From NCBI GenBank assembly GCA_002633005.1, contig NMRA01000430.1, positions 208,671 to 272,670 of the forward strand: a DNA stretch of 64,000 nt, in the 5' to 3' direction. Origin of the DNA: Phoronis australis (lineage: Eukaryota > Animalia > Phoronida). The first letter of the stretch is position 1. Each line of letters begins with the position of its first letter. Made by a program: the position numbers and the translations under genes. Below the pieces are notes generated by a model. The model searched no databases. It had not been told where the DNA came from and worked only from the letters and a program-made list of their open reading frames with translations. Of this stretch, positions 49,426 through 61,661 are shown piece after piece.

Positions 49426-52400
49426 CTGCTTCAACTCAATGGTTGTGAGCTGATCATCAATTACTGTCTATCTCAAATGTCTACTGTGTGAATTTCCAAT
49501 ATGGAAGAAAAGCAATTTCGAAAGAACAAACGCAGAAATGCCAAAGCAAACTTTACTCGTTTCTTCAACCAGCTTGAGAGAAATAAACAACGCTGGCGAC
49601 CAGTCGAAGAGTTAAAAGAAGACTTAAAACAACTGAAATTACTTTTTGAAGCTATTGTTGACTGTAATGATACTTATTGTGAAATTTTAGGAGTAGATGA
49701 GTTTGTATTCGAGGCAGAATATCTTGACATTATGTCTCAAGATCTCAGTGAAGTAGAGATAGGGATAAAGGATTTGGAGAAAACTCACAGTGAAAATCCT
49801 GAGCCATCAAGTGCGCTTAGACATTAAACATTTCAAACTACGTAAATTTGATGGCGATGTTCGTTTCTACTCGACATTCAAGTCTGATTTCAAGCATTTT
49901 GTTGAAACTAAGTATACTGAAAGACATTGTATTGCACAATAAAGATCACGTTGCTTGGGTAAGCGCAAAGAACTTATCAATGATGTAGGTACTACTAACG
50001 AAGAAGCGTTTAAATTGTTAGACACAATTGATGGGCAGGCACTAGTTATTTAAGATGCCATTTTAATGGATATTGAGTCTTTCGAGGCACTAGCGGCTAG
50101 TGAAGACCAAAGGTTTTGTGAGTTTGTGCAGTTATTATTGAAATGTAGAACATCACGTAGTGAGATTGGCCTTGCAGAAGATTTCAATAATAGCCATATG
50201 TTAGCTGTACTAGAAAGAAAATAGTCCTATGAAGATGCTAAGTTGTGGGCAAGAAAGTGTGTTACTGATGAACCAAATATGCACAATTTTATTGAGTTCA
50301 GGAAAGCTGAAATGTTAACTAGAGTGCGTTTGTCAGCACCTATAAGAAAAGTGGTTAACAATGTAACTACTTTACAACAACCCAAAGCAAGTTGTCAAGC
50401 CAGTTACATACAAGTGTTGGTATTGTAAGAACAATAGTCACTTTACTGATAACTGTGTCAAATTTAAGGCTTTATATGTAAGGTTGAGGTTGAAGGCTTG
50501 CAAAGATAATCACGTGTGTTACAGTTGCTTGAAAAAAATCTGGTAATAATCGTAACGTAGGCAAATGCACCAAACGAAAACAGTGTACAGAACAATTTAA
50601 AGGTGAACAGGTAAACTGTACCATCACATAAAGTTGCATACCGTTAACAACAATATTGGTGAAAATAACGATACTCAAAGTTCAAATGAAGCTGAGTCAT
50701 CATCATCGCAGTCACTCAAACAAGAGACTCCAACACCCTTCAAGCCCAAAGTTAATGTGTGCTTATCAGAAAGTCACTGTCTTCTGCCTACATTGAAGGC
50801 TGGTGTAGTCAACAATTATTCCCATCCTGTTGAAGCGAACATTTTATTGGACAATGGTGCTCAAATTACTTTAATCACCAATGAGTTGGCCAACAAACTG
50901 TCTCTAACAGGCAAGCCAGTGAAAGTATCTGTTTCAAAGGTTGGCGGTGAAACTAAGGTAATAAACACTAAGATGTACAAAGTAAAACTGCGAGGAGAAA
51001 AGGGCGTCCACTGGATTTATGCAGTAGGGGTTGAGAAAATTAAGGATGGCTATCGGAACCAGCTGATCTTGGAACCATACAAAGAGAACTGAATATTCAC
51101 GTTAAACGTGGGTGTGGACCAATTGACATTTTGATTGGAGTTAATCATCCAAATTTTCATGTTTGAGGAACAAGAATATTCAAAAACTTGATTGCTAGAC
51201 ATTCATCACTAGGGTGGACAGTGTTTGGTGCTACAGGCAGCCAAACTTCCACTAATTCATATGTCTTCAATGTTATGACCCCAGTAAACCTAACTAACTT
51301 TTGGACTTCTGAGGCAATGGGAGTAGAGGTTAAGCCCCGTTTATGTGATGCAGACAAGCTGTCCAGTACTGAAAGACAAGAGGCAGAGATTATCGACAAC
51401 TCTTGTGTGAAAGCAAATGGTCAATGGATGATACCATACCTATGGGTCAAAAACCCGTTGTCTCTTCCCAATAACAACATATAAGCTGAAAGTAGAATGC
51501 GGGCTACTGAGCGCCGACAGTTGAAAAACCCAGAATATGCCAAGCTTTACGACGAGCAGATAGGACAATTAGTGCAAATGAATTTTGCCAGGAAGTTGAC
51601 CACTGTAGTGGTGAATAGTTATGAAAGACCCGTCCACTATATTTCCCACCACGAAATAGTCAGACAGAGAAAAAAGTACACCTTTTAGAATTGTGTTCAA
51701 TTCATCATCAAGTTACCAAGGTCACATACCGGATGAAGGGTGCAGACCATCTAAATGATCTTTTCGGCATCATTCTTCGCTTCAGAGAAAATAGCCATGC
51801 AATCGTTAGAGACATCTCCGAAATGTATCATAGAGTTTTGATAGTAGCCAACATGTCCATAGATTTTTGTGGCGAAATTATGAAGATCGCGATCCTGATG
51901 TATACGTTATGACTGTTGTCACATTTGGCGATAAGCCATCGGCCTCAATGGCGCAAATCGCACTGCGAAAAATAGCTGATGAGAACGAGACGACTACCCT
52001 CAAGCATGTAAAGACAGCAAATAGTTATACGGACGACATCTGTAAGTCTGTAAAAAACAGCGAAGAAGTAAAACAATTAACTTCTGACATTTATTCTGTG
52101 TTAGAAACTGGAGATTTCAAAATCAAAGAATGGTTACATAATGATTAAACATATACTTCGGATGAAGATTGCAAATTTGATGGCGCCCTCGTGGAAGAGA
52201 AAGTGTTAGGTGTTCTATGGGATCGTAACAGTGACGCTTTGAAGTATAAGATAAATCTCAAGCTCGACCAGTCTACATCTAACCTCATCAAAAGAATTAT
52301 TCTCATCAAACTATCGGGCATTTTTTGACCCTATAGGTTATGAAGCCCCAGTTGTAATTACACTTAAAATTGCGATGCAGAGATTATGGCAACTAGGCGT

Positions 52401-53198
52401 TGATTGGGATGATATCCTACCAACAAATTTTCAACAAGAATGGCTTCGAATTTTTGACGAGTTACAACATCTAAATGATGAAAGTTTTCACAGATGTCTT
52501 ACCCTTGAGTTGGTGTTAAAAGACCCCATGTTTTGCTTATTTTGTGATGCCTCCGAAGAAGCTTTCCGTGTATGTATGCGTTTATGGTGGAAAACTCGTA
52601 TACTACAAGATTTGTAGCAGCTAAATCGCGTGTAACACCGTTAAAAAGTTCATAGTACCAAGATTAGAACTGCAAGCAACAGTGTTAGCATCACGCTTAA
52701 ACCAGTCTGTAATTAAGGAACAGAGAATCAAAGTCACAACTACTGTATTTTTCACTGACAGTACAATAGTATTAGGGTGGATAAGAAATACCACTAAGCG
52801 TCTCAAACCATTTGTGTCTAACAGGATTGGTGAAATTCAAAGTAATTCAGATCCTGTCCCATAGCAGGATGTAAAGGGGAGCCTTAACCCTGCAGATAAG
52901 GTCTCAAGAGGTATTGCTGTAAACCAGTTGTCCCCGGAGTGGCAGCAAGGTCCAAGTTTTCTGAATGGAGCAATTGAAAATTGGCCAAACATGACTGATG
53001 TTAACAATCAACATGTGAATTGTGACAAAGAAGAATGTGCAACTTCAGTTGTAATGACGAGCCCTCAAATCTTCTAAAATTAGTTGATAAATGTTCTTCA
53101 TGGTGGAAATTGTTAAGGGTCACTAGTTATGTTGTGAAATTTACTAGTAAGTGCCATGGCAGGCAAACAGGTCCATTACTACCTAGTGAAATTATTAT

Positions 53199-53340
53199 AG
53201 AGGAGGCAGTGTAGCCTGGTTGATAAGTGCCCACTTTCTTTACTCGAGGTCGTGGGTCCAAGTCCCACCTGGTCACACTGCTAAACCCTTGAGCCAGGTT
53301 TCTAGCTCCTCAGCTCGGTTTTAACCAAATATCAATAAAG
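53199..53340 (+). mobile_element. tRNA-derived SINE inserted into BEL pol
   Basis: gaggcagtgtagcctggttgataagtgccc..gtgggtccaagtcccacc followed by aacccttgagc; interrupts pol between RNase H and integrase. Confidence 0.65.
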
Positions 53341-54129
53341 CATAAAATATTTCCAGGTGATCAGCCCCTTTGTTGATCAAGATGGAATTATTCGTGTGGG
53401 AGGAAGGATCGACAGATCTGTAGTCTCTTATGATACCTCTCATCCTGTGTTGTTACCAAGAAGTCATGAGATTTCTAAACTGATAGTTGTTGCTGAACAT
53501 AACACTTGCCATTGTGGTATTGCCATTACTGTAGCTAAAGGAAGGCTTAAATATGGGATTTTGCAAGTCCCTAGATTAGCCAAGTCTGTGATATTTCACT
53601 GTGTTACTTGTAGAAAGTTAAAGGGTAAACTTGAAACTCAAATCATGTCTGATTTGCCCATAGAGCGTTTATCACCCATCACCTCACCTTTTTAATACAC
53701 GGCTTGTGACTATTTTGGCCCATTTACAGTTAAAGTGGGGAAAACTGACAAACACTACGAGTCCTATTCACTTGCTTAAACACTCGTGCAGTGCATATTG
53801 AAATGTCAGTCAATTTATCCGCAATGGAGTTTATACAGTGTATAAGGAGATTTTTCTCAATTCGTGGCTATCCTGACCAAATAATTAGTGACAATGGAAC
53901 TCAGATGGTAGGAGCTGTGCGTGAATTAAAGGAAGCAATACGTGGATGGAATGTACAGGAGTTGCAAGAATTTTGTGCAAGTAAATTAGTTTTGTGGAAA
54001 TTCACAACTCCGTTAGCACCACATCAAAACGGATGTGCTGTGTATGATACTCCCGTCACTAAGTTGTCCGTTATCTATCCTGTAGAAGGATTTGCTGAAA
54101 ACTAAATTAGTTATCATCGGGGGCGAGTG

Positions 54130-55957
54130 TGTTTCGTTGAGAAATTGATTAGTATTAATTAACTGGTCTTGATATTATTTCTTAATATTTTTCTGTTGTC
54201 ATGTGACGCTATCTATTGTGTAGATTGATTATTAATTTTGCATCTTCTTAGAGGGCGATAGTGTTCCTGTGATAATTATTTGTAAAATACCCGTATGTAG
54301 CCCCGGTCATTTTGAAGTGTAGAGATGCAGTCCTGTATATCGTCTCTCTCTTATGTTTTTGCAAAGTATTGGATTTGAAATTAGCCAACATTGAGTTGAA
54401 CTTCTTCTTCTTCTTGTCGACTTGTCAACTAACTGTATTTCATGCCCCTTCACAGGCCTTCCTGAAGCATCTGAACAAAATGTTCTACTGTTTTATATGG
54501 AACGGTAAAACGAAAAAATATGTCGTAAGATTATGGCTCAAGAGTACAATGTTGGCGGAGCTAGACTGATTGACGTCAGCTCTAACTAACTTGGTTTCGA
54601 AGACTACCTTGTCAAGTACTACAAGTCCATGGGCAGTTTTAGCAAATGGTCTGTTATCAAGAGTTTCAAAGAATTACTTAATGTTCGGGGATTTCTCAGT
54701 GTTTTACAAAGATTTCCCTATTGACTTCTAATGTATTTTGGAAAGAGGTATTTCAATGTGTCCATGAATTCGGCTTGTTAGTTCCCGAAAACGAAGGTAT
54801 TTATCAGCCTCTATGGTTTAATTCGAATATACTGATAGATAAACGGTGGTATCAAAAAGGTATAACTAATGTACACGACTTACTTAATTCTGATGGTTGT
54901 TTCCTTAATTATGAGGAGTTTATATAGAAATTTGACTTTACCCCTCAAGTAACTTTATTTTACGGTCTACGAAGCTCATTATATGCTAGCTGGAGTCATC
55001 TCAGAGAGGGAAAGCATCAAGTAATTTTACCGCGTCGTCCTCGATACATTGAAGCTATTTTGGGAGATGTCAAAGGAGTAGATAAAATTTAACACATTAT
55101 TGTCTTTCAGAATTGTGAAAAAACAACATGTCAAATGAAGTGGAGTAAAAAATTAAATCTCCCGGATACTGCAGAATGGTGGTACAATGTTTTTTCTTAC
55201 ATCTATTCATTCATCGAAGATGTTTCTCTGGGATGGTTACAGTTCAGGCTGGTTCATAGAATTATAGGCTGTAATGAATTTTTATACAAGATTGGCGTAA
55301 TTGATAGCTCATTGTGCACTTTTTGCTTAATGAAATTGAATCTATTGTCCATGTGTACTGGTCTTGTAACGTTACTCAGCAGTTTTGGACTAATGTAAAT
55401 AACTGGCTCGAAGATGCTGTTGGATATAGTTTAGAACTGTCTGTACAATCAGTTCTGTTTGGTGTTCAGGTGGAAGCAGTTTTACAAAGTGTGATTCTTT
55501 GCCTTGGAAAGTACCACACTTATAAACAAAGATTAAAGTGCAAAAGATGCCTGCCTTACAATGTTTAAAGAGGAAGTTGCATTGTACATTTTCACTGAAC
55601 GGTATATGTATATATAAACAAAATGAAGTATGGTGAATTTATAGAGCGCTGACAAGGTCTTGACCTCATTTGCTTATTCTGATAAATCATAGCCTCTACT
55701 GTGTTTTTTTTCCAATGTCAAATTATCTATGTACATATCAGCACTATAAGTTAACACTTTAACTGTTCCTTGACTAGAACAAAAAGTTATTGCATCTGTA
55801 ATTGTATTCTGTACTGTACCTTTTATATTAAATAAAAACTGTCTTCCATGCAATAAACGATGGTTTACTCTTTGAAGTCAAGTCTGAAGTTATAACTCTC
55901 ATAAAATTCCAATACCAGGCCAGGCAATTTCCGATTACTCAACTACGGGTTGAGCCA
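54130..55957 (+). repeat. 3' LTR of the BEL/Pao element, split by a LINE insertion
   Basis: Homology to the 5' LTR stops at ~54445 and resumes at ~55837. Confidence 0.8.
54446..55836 (+). mobile_element. 5'-truncated L1/Tx1-clade LINE (ORF2 C-terminus plus 3' UTR) nested in the 3' LTR
   Basis: FIWNGK, PLWFNSNI, WYQKGI..DLL, LQFRLVHRII..LYKIG..CTFC, ESIVHVYWSC zinc knuckle; aataaa at 55831; TSD aactgtatttcatgc (54431) / aactgtcttccatgc (55837). Confidence 0.85.
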
Positions 55958-58090
55958 CCTAGTATAAAATGACCAACAACACGTGTATTCGCCTGGTCAG
56001 AGGTGTGTTTTATCTGGCTAACACTGACAGTCTGACTGCGCAAGGTACAACTAGTCAACCTGCATTGAAGTTATTACAACATATTGATAGCCTCATTCTC
56101 AAAACCAGGGAACATTATATCCGACTTGTTTCCAAAGTAGTTAGGTGTGATAAGACTGAACCGTCGAAGTCCATGCGGCCACAGTCATAGTGATGTGTCG
56201 AAAATCAATAATTTACCTTCAATTCAGACCCTCCTTTAACTCACGTTTAATACAAGTATAACCGTACAGGCGTACATGGCTGGTCCAAGTTAGATTGCCA
56301 GGTTCGGGGATTGATCTGAGTCAACATTTACAACAGTTGTTCCGTAACACGATAGGCCTACTGCCTAAACCATAAATCGCGAGCCACCATGTTTATTGAT
56401 GAATTTTCATTAAATTTGTTGAATAGATTTCTATTAGGGAGGAATGACTGATGCCTTTCCATCTTCTGATGGGTTCGATGTATTCTGCTCCATCTAGTGG
56501 CCATTTTTATGATGCTTACATTTTGGACTTGGAGGGAGTAACTAGTTGGCTAATTACAATCTTAATCCATTAACAACTACAATAATACACGTAGTTGAAA
56601 CAATACGCTATTGCACACTTTTGCGTGTTTTTAATCTTTTCTTGAATGACGTCAATACCTGTGCTGGTAAGCAACTTCTTGGAGATCAATATAACACTTC
56701 AAGCTTGAGTTTTATTAGGTATATTTATCTTTGAAAATGTATGCAATGGAAAACGTTACAACTCGAAACAATGTGGAGAATTTCTCGCTTAATTGACACT
56801 GGTCACCGCTCAGATTCCCTTATCCCCAGACTACTTCAACAATGCCTATTCAGCATGCCCTTTGTATTGATGTAGATGTGAGTTAATGAAGTGGAAAGGT
56901 AATAGCTAGCGTTACAATCTCAACAATGGTTGTTGTTAGAAACCACAATTTGGTTTTCTCTGACATTTGCAGAGTTACAGTCTGCAACTCTGGAGAATAG
57001 TTTTAACTTGGTATATTATAAATATTACAAAATTACTAAAAAGGTTAGCTTGTGTTTATCTTCACAAAGGGCCACTTCCCAAAGGAACGAATTATTTCAC
57101 ATTGGGTTTCTTTATTTAATTTTTAATGGTTCTGCCCGCTTGTTTTTACCGGGAACTGGTTGATAACTCTTTATCTAAGTTTTAAACTTGAAGTACCAAA
57201 ACAGTGGTAGATTTTGATCGCCAGCGAAACTTAATTAGTTAAGTTCATTGTGAGTCAATCCCTGAACTTACCACATTACAGGTGCACCAAACATTTCATT
57301 AAAGTTTAATCTTCATTAGAACTCAAATCATAAAATATATACAAAAGTGCAAATATGGTAATAACCAAACTGAAGACCTGGAATCTCTGGACAATTTTGG
57401 TGGCACTGACTAACTATTCTAGCTCTTTTTCAGTAATAAAAAATTATAAGTGGGCACAAGTTAAGTACAACTGTTTCCTGGTCAAAATCTGGTTAAACGA
57501 GATTGAAAGAATATAAAAAATGAATCCATGTGATATCGTTAACTCTGATCAGCGTTTGTGTCCACCGAGTACATCAATACGCGCAGTAGTTTATCTTCAA
57601 TCGAATCAATAGTTGTAGTGTTTGGATTATTAGTTCATCGATTTTTAAAAGTCGAAAACCGTACTCGGTTGCTTTTTTCCAGCTGAATGTCGCCGTGGTG
57701 TTCGTTTTTAACGAAAATTAGAGGTTAATGCATTTTGAAAATTCGCCATTTTGTACAGTCAGAGATGTTTAAAACAGTTTAAGGTCGGGTAATTACGCTT
57801 AACTGGGTCTTGCTCGTATCGGGCAATGCGGTCATCACAACTGTACCCGACTCCGGCGCCGCACCCTCTTTTGATCCTGGTAAAAGCCGCTCAGAAGGAC
57901 GAGCGGTGAAAATTTCCGCATATCTTTAGAAATGCGTGACTTTCTTGTAAGCGTATTATTCACGGTATGACTCGAATTAACACAGCGTTTTTGTAACGTT
58001 TTATACCTCCTTTAGTGTTAAAGACACTCTTTTCGGTTCATTTGAGTTAAAATACTTCGCAAAACACGTTAAAACCCGTTTCATAAAAAA

Positions 58091-58245
58091 CAGGGGCGGA
58101 TCCAGGAGTTTGAGTTGAGGGGGCAATGCAGAGTATTAACCAGGATTTTGGCCGTCAGGCATTCGCACCCCAGAACTGCCAAATGCAGCCTAGGAGAATT
58201 TTAGGGGGGCATGGCCCCCTTTGCCGCCCTCTAAATCCGCCACTG
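58091..58245. mobile_element. MITE, same family as 27738-27989
   Basis: caggggcggatccaggagtttgagttgaggggg ... ctctaaatccgccactg. Confidence 0.7.
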
Positions 58246-59445
58246 AAAACCCAAATAATGCTCTTCAACACAAAAATTTAAATGAATATGTATTTTGTAA
58301 TTTAATTTTTAATTTTGATGGTGAACAACCACCTAAAATGGCAGTGGTAAAAGCTGACCAGTTATGGGTTCTCAACTCAGCTATCGCCATGTGTAAGGAG
58401 GTTTTCGAGGAAACCCCGCCCACTTTTTAAAAAATTTTAAAAATAACAGTTAAATAAGGCAAAGTAACACAAACGGCTGAAAGCTGCGAAATGTTTTTAT
58501 CTTAGTCAAATATTTTGACTGAGGAAACTCGTCCTGTGTTCTAAATTAGTGAATATCTTTAAATTGAAGCAAGTGTCTAAATCTACATTTGGTGATACAA
58601 TACCAATTTAATCTGGCCAAAGTATAAACAGTACTAGCTTCGTGTTATAAAATGTGATTTTTCAAAGAATTTTTTGTATACGAAAATACAACACATAGCT
58701 TTCCTCAATTAACATAGTGCTTCAATTTGTGTACTAATGTGAACTGTTCCTCAAACTCTGAAAACTGCCTTGCGAGACACACAAAGGTACATTTTTATTA
58801 ATATTAATGTACCACATATGCCCATTAACGTAACAATCTAACTTACTCTCATGTGGTTTACCAGAAATCATCAATTAAAGACAATGCGTGTGATGTCATT
58901 TTTTCGTACTGTTCAACGTCCTGGTGTGTTGATAACAAAATGGTAATTAATACCGAATAAAACAAAATGTATGAGTATTGCCTCAGAGCTAGGTCATATT
59001 AGAAGTGACCTTGAACTTAATTTGGCCACTTCGGGTGCTCAGCTCGAACAGGTTTACAGTGAAAAGTTATTGGGGGTCACTGTTGATAAGATCATCAGCT
59101 GGTCTAGTCATGTTTGTGGGACTGTACCCAAAATTAGATAGTGTCTTGGTCTTGCTGATTACGTCTTGTCCGACGCATATCACCGTTTCTTCCCACAGAT
59201 AGCGTCTGAAATATTTCAGCCTCTGTGTATTTCTTCTCTTCATTTGCTGTAGTACTAGGCGGTCAGGATGCAATGCAAATTTGGTTTCCTGTCTACTGAA
59301 AGCACAGAAGCAGACTGCCAGAGTTATTCCCGGTGTGCCTTTTAAGACTCTCCATCAAATCCTATGTTGAACACTGTCGGGATGGTTGCCTGTAGACAAA
59401 TATTTTGCACAAAGGCGTTTGTGTATGCTGCATTATTTTTTTCAA

Positions 59446-59457
<12 letters not shown>

Positions 59458-59520
<63 letters not shown>
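59458..59520. repeat. (TGC)21 microsatellite
   Basis: Perfect triplet run. Confidence 0.98.
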
Positions 59521-59522
<2 letters not shown>

Positions 59523-60554
59523 CAACTACTCTTACTGCTACTGCTACCTGCTTTGTTTTTTTACGTTTGCTTCAGTATCTTCGGAATTCATTAATGTATT
59601 TTCATGAAATTTGGCTGATAGGTTTCTACTAGTAAGGAGACGACAACGTCTTCCCATTTTCGCAGACTTGATGTTTTCAGTGCCACCTGGTGGCCATTTA
59701 AAAATGTTTGCGTATCTTTTTGACGTCTGCCTCTCAGTATGCCAAACCACACGAAGGATCATTACGAAAATTAATGGTTGTGTTTCCGATGCGAAGACCC
59801 AAGCTGACGTTGATTTTTGGATGTTTTTGACTATGCTGGGGCGTCCTAGGGGTAATTTTGTTTTTCACGTCTACGGCTGTATTAAAGGATCGTTGCGAAA
59901 TTTGACAGATGCATGGGCTCATGTTGCCATGAGAACAGATGACGATGAGTTTCAGACCAGTGGGACCATAGCTGTGCCACCGTAGTGCCAATTGTTTTTT
60001 TACATTTACCTCTATATCTTTGGAGTTCCGTGGTTTATTTTCATGAAATTTGGTAAATAATTGTACGTGTATTACTGAGACAGCGCCACCAACTCAATTC
60101 GGTAAGTCTGACGCATTCTGCGCCATCAAATGGTCATTGATATGATACTAAAAGCTCCCATAAATGTCCACTTTGATTGTGGATTGGTGGATTGGCATGT
60201 ATGCGTGTACAGACTTCCAATGTTACATGTCACTATTCCGAAGGTTCACTACTCCGAAGTTTCATTACTCCGAAGGGTGAGAAGCATTCACACATGCCGG
60301 TTGGGAACTGTAATGAGGCGTTTAATTCTAGGCATATCAATAATAGTATTACTATTACAATTAACAAACACTCTAATGTAATATAATATATTGATGTTGG
60401 TACTCGTGTGTATGATATGATTGGCTAATTGTTGACCTATAGCTCGTTCGTCGTTACCATATAATAGCTCATTTGATCTCATAGGTAGTTAGTTCTCTAC
60501 CAGAACACTCCGACCTCATCATTTGAAATCTGATAGGAATTTGAAGAGTCACTA

Positions 60555-61661
60555 ATGGCTGTGAACGCGAGTAACATAACCGACTACAGCTTATATGGTG
60601 TTTACGGAGAGGTTTTGTGGGCGAGCTGCAGAACGGCTACTGTGTTTTATGGAACAATATCGTCGTTAGCGTGCTTGCTGAACGTTGTAGCTCTCGGAGT
60701 TATTTTGTATTCCAAGATATCAGAGGCTGCTACATTTTACCTCATTAATCTAGCCATCGTCGACTTGATAACGTCAGTTTTACAGATTACTCTTGTTATA
60801 AAGGACCCTGATTGTTACGATACGTACATGATAATTGATACAATGTTTCCATCGCTGATTCAATGTCTGCTATCTGTTGTTTTTTACGGATACTTGCTGA
60901 ACGTCGTGTTCATGACCTTGGATAGGTTTGTTGCTACCTGGAAGCCGTTTTCTTACCAGCGTCTCGTCACCAAAAGGCGCGTCGCGGGTAGTATCGTGTG
61001 CGTCTGGTTTCTGTCCTTCGTCATCGGTTTCTTGCCTTATATAATCAGTTTGTCATCCCTTGAGCAACTAAAGACATCTAGTTATACTCATAACAAGACG
61101 TTAATGGAGGTGTTCTTTACTGATGTGCAAACTAATACGTATACTTGCGGAAAAATTTTGTTGTTTATTGCTTGTTCAATATTCTGTTGGATGCTGTTTG
61201 CATATGTCGTAATATTTCGTGCCATCAGACGTCACCACAAGTTCTTGCAACTCACTCGTCAGCAGAGCAAAGGTATATTGAAGGGGGCAGTCACTTCCGC
61301 TTTAATCGTGGGCTCCTATGCTTTGTGTTGGCTGCCGTTCGCTATAACGGCTCTTGTGCGCAACCTCCCCAAAACGAGAGGTAATTCCAGCCAGGTTCAG
61401 TGGAAGGATGCCAGTTATGGGATCGTCCTACTGAATTCTGTGTGCGATCCTATCATTTATATTATGATAAATACAAAATTCAGATCGTCTCTCGTGAGAG
61501 GGCTGAAGGTGTGTGGTTGTGACTGTCAGCGGCGAGCCAACAGACGGAGCTCCTCCTCCAGTAACAAACTAACTGCCTTAACAACTTTTGACTACGGTAG
61601 ACGGCAGCAGACACGCTCAGCTGATTTAGTCACTGTGGAACAGTGTGAGGGGATGTTGTGA
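60555..61661 (+). CDS. Intronless class A GPCR, melanocortin/MECA-like orphan, 368 aa (paralog B)
   Basis: Intact ORF with NLAIVDL, LDRF, CWLPF, NSVCDPIIY; clear paralog of 33127-34275. Confidence 0.93.
   Translation: MAVNASNITDYSLYGVYGEVLWASCRTATVFYGTISSLACLLNVVALGVILYSKISEAATFYLINLAIVDLITSVLQITLVIKDPDCYDTYMIIDTMFPSLIQCLLSVVFYGYLLNVVFMTLDRFVATWKPFSYQRLVTKRRVAGSIVCVWFLSFVIGFLPYIISLSSLEQLKTSSYTHNKTLMEVFFTDVQTNTYTCGKILLFIACSIFCWMLFAYVVIFRAIRRHHKFLQLTRQQSKGILKGAVTSALIVGSYALCWLPFAITALVRNLPKTRGNSSQVQWKDASYGIVLLNSVCDPIIYIMINTKFRSSLVRGLKVCGCDCQRRANRRSSSSSNKLTALTTFDYGRRQQTRSADLVTVEQCEGML

Larger units (their letters stand above)
49005..55957 (+). mobile_element. BEL/Pao LTR retrotransposon, decayed (gag - protease - RT - RNase H - integrase)
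   Basis: Protease LLDNGAQIT; RT VHYISHH, RFRE..DISEMY, SYTDD; FDP.G, LWQLGVDWD, FCDASE, VPRLEL, FTDSTIVLGWI, NPAD..SRG; integrase IRVGGR, HPVLLP, CVTC, DYFGP, SDNGTQMVGA, APHQNG. LTRs are on both sides and a PPT-like ggggcgag precedes the 3' LTR. Confidence 0.92.

Noticed and set aside
59364-59632. Poly-Leu, poly-Cys or poly-Ala proteins
   Set aside because: These are three frames of a (TGC)n microsatellite that is absent from the paralogous region.
59866-59987. CACTA-like mini element specific to block B
   Set aside because: Only the right end (ccgtagtg) is clean and the left end is imperfect; too weak to call.
33127-61661. Naming the GPCRs as MC-R, adenosine receptor or opsin orthologs
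   Set aside because: Only family-level motifs are visible, there is no retinal-binding Lys at the TM7 7.43 position, and orthology needs a phylogeny.
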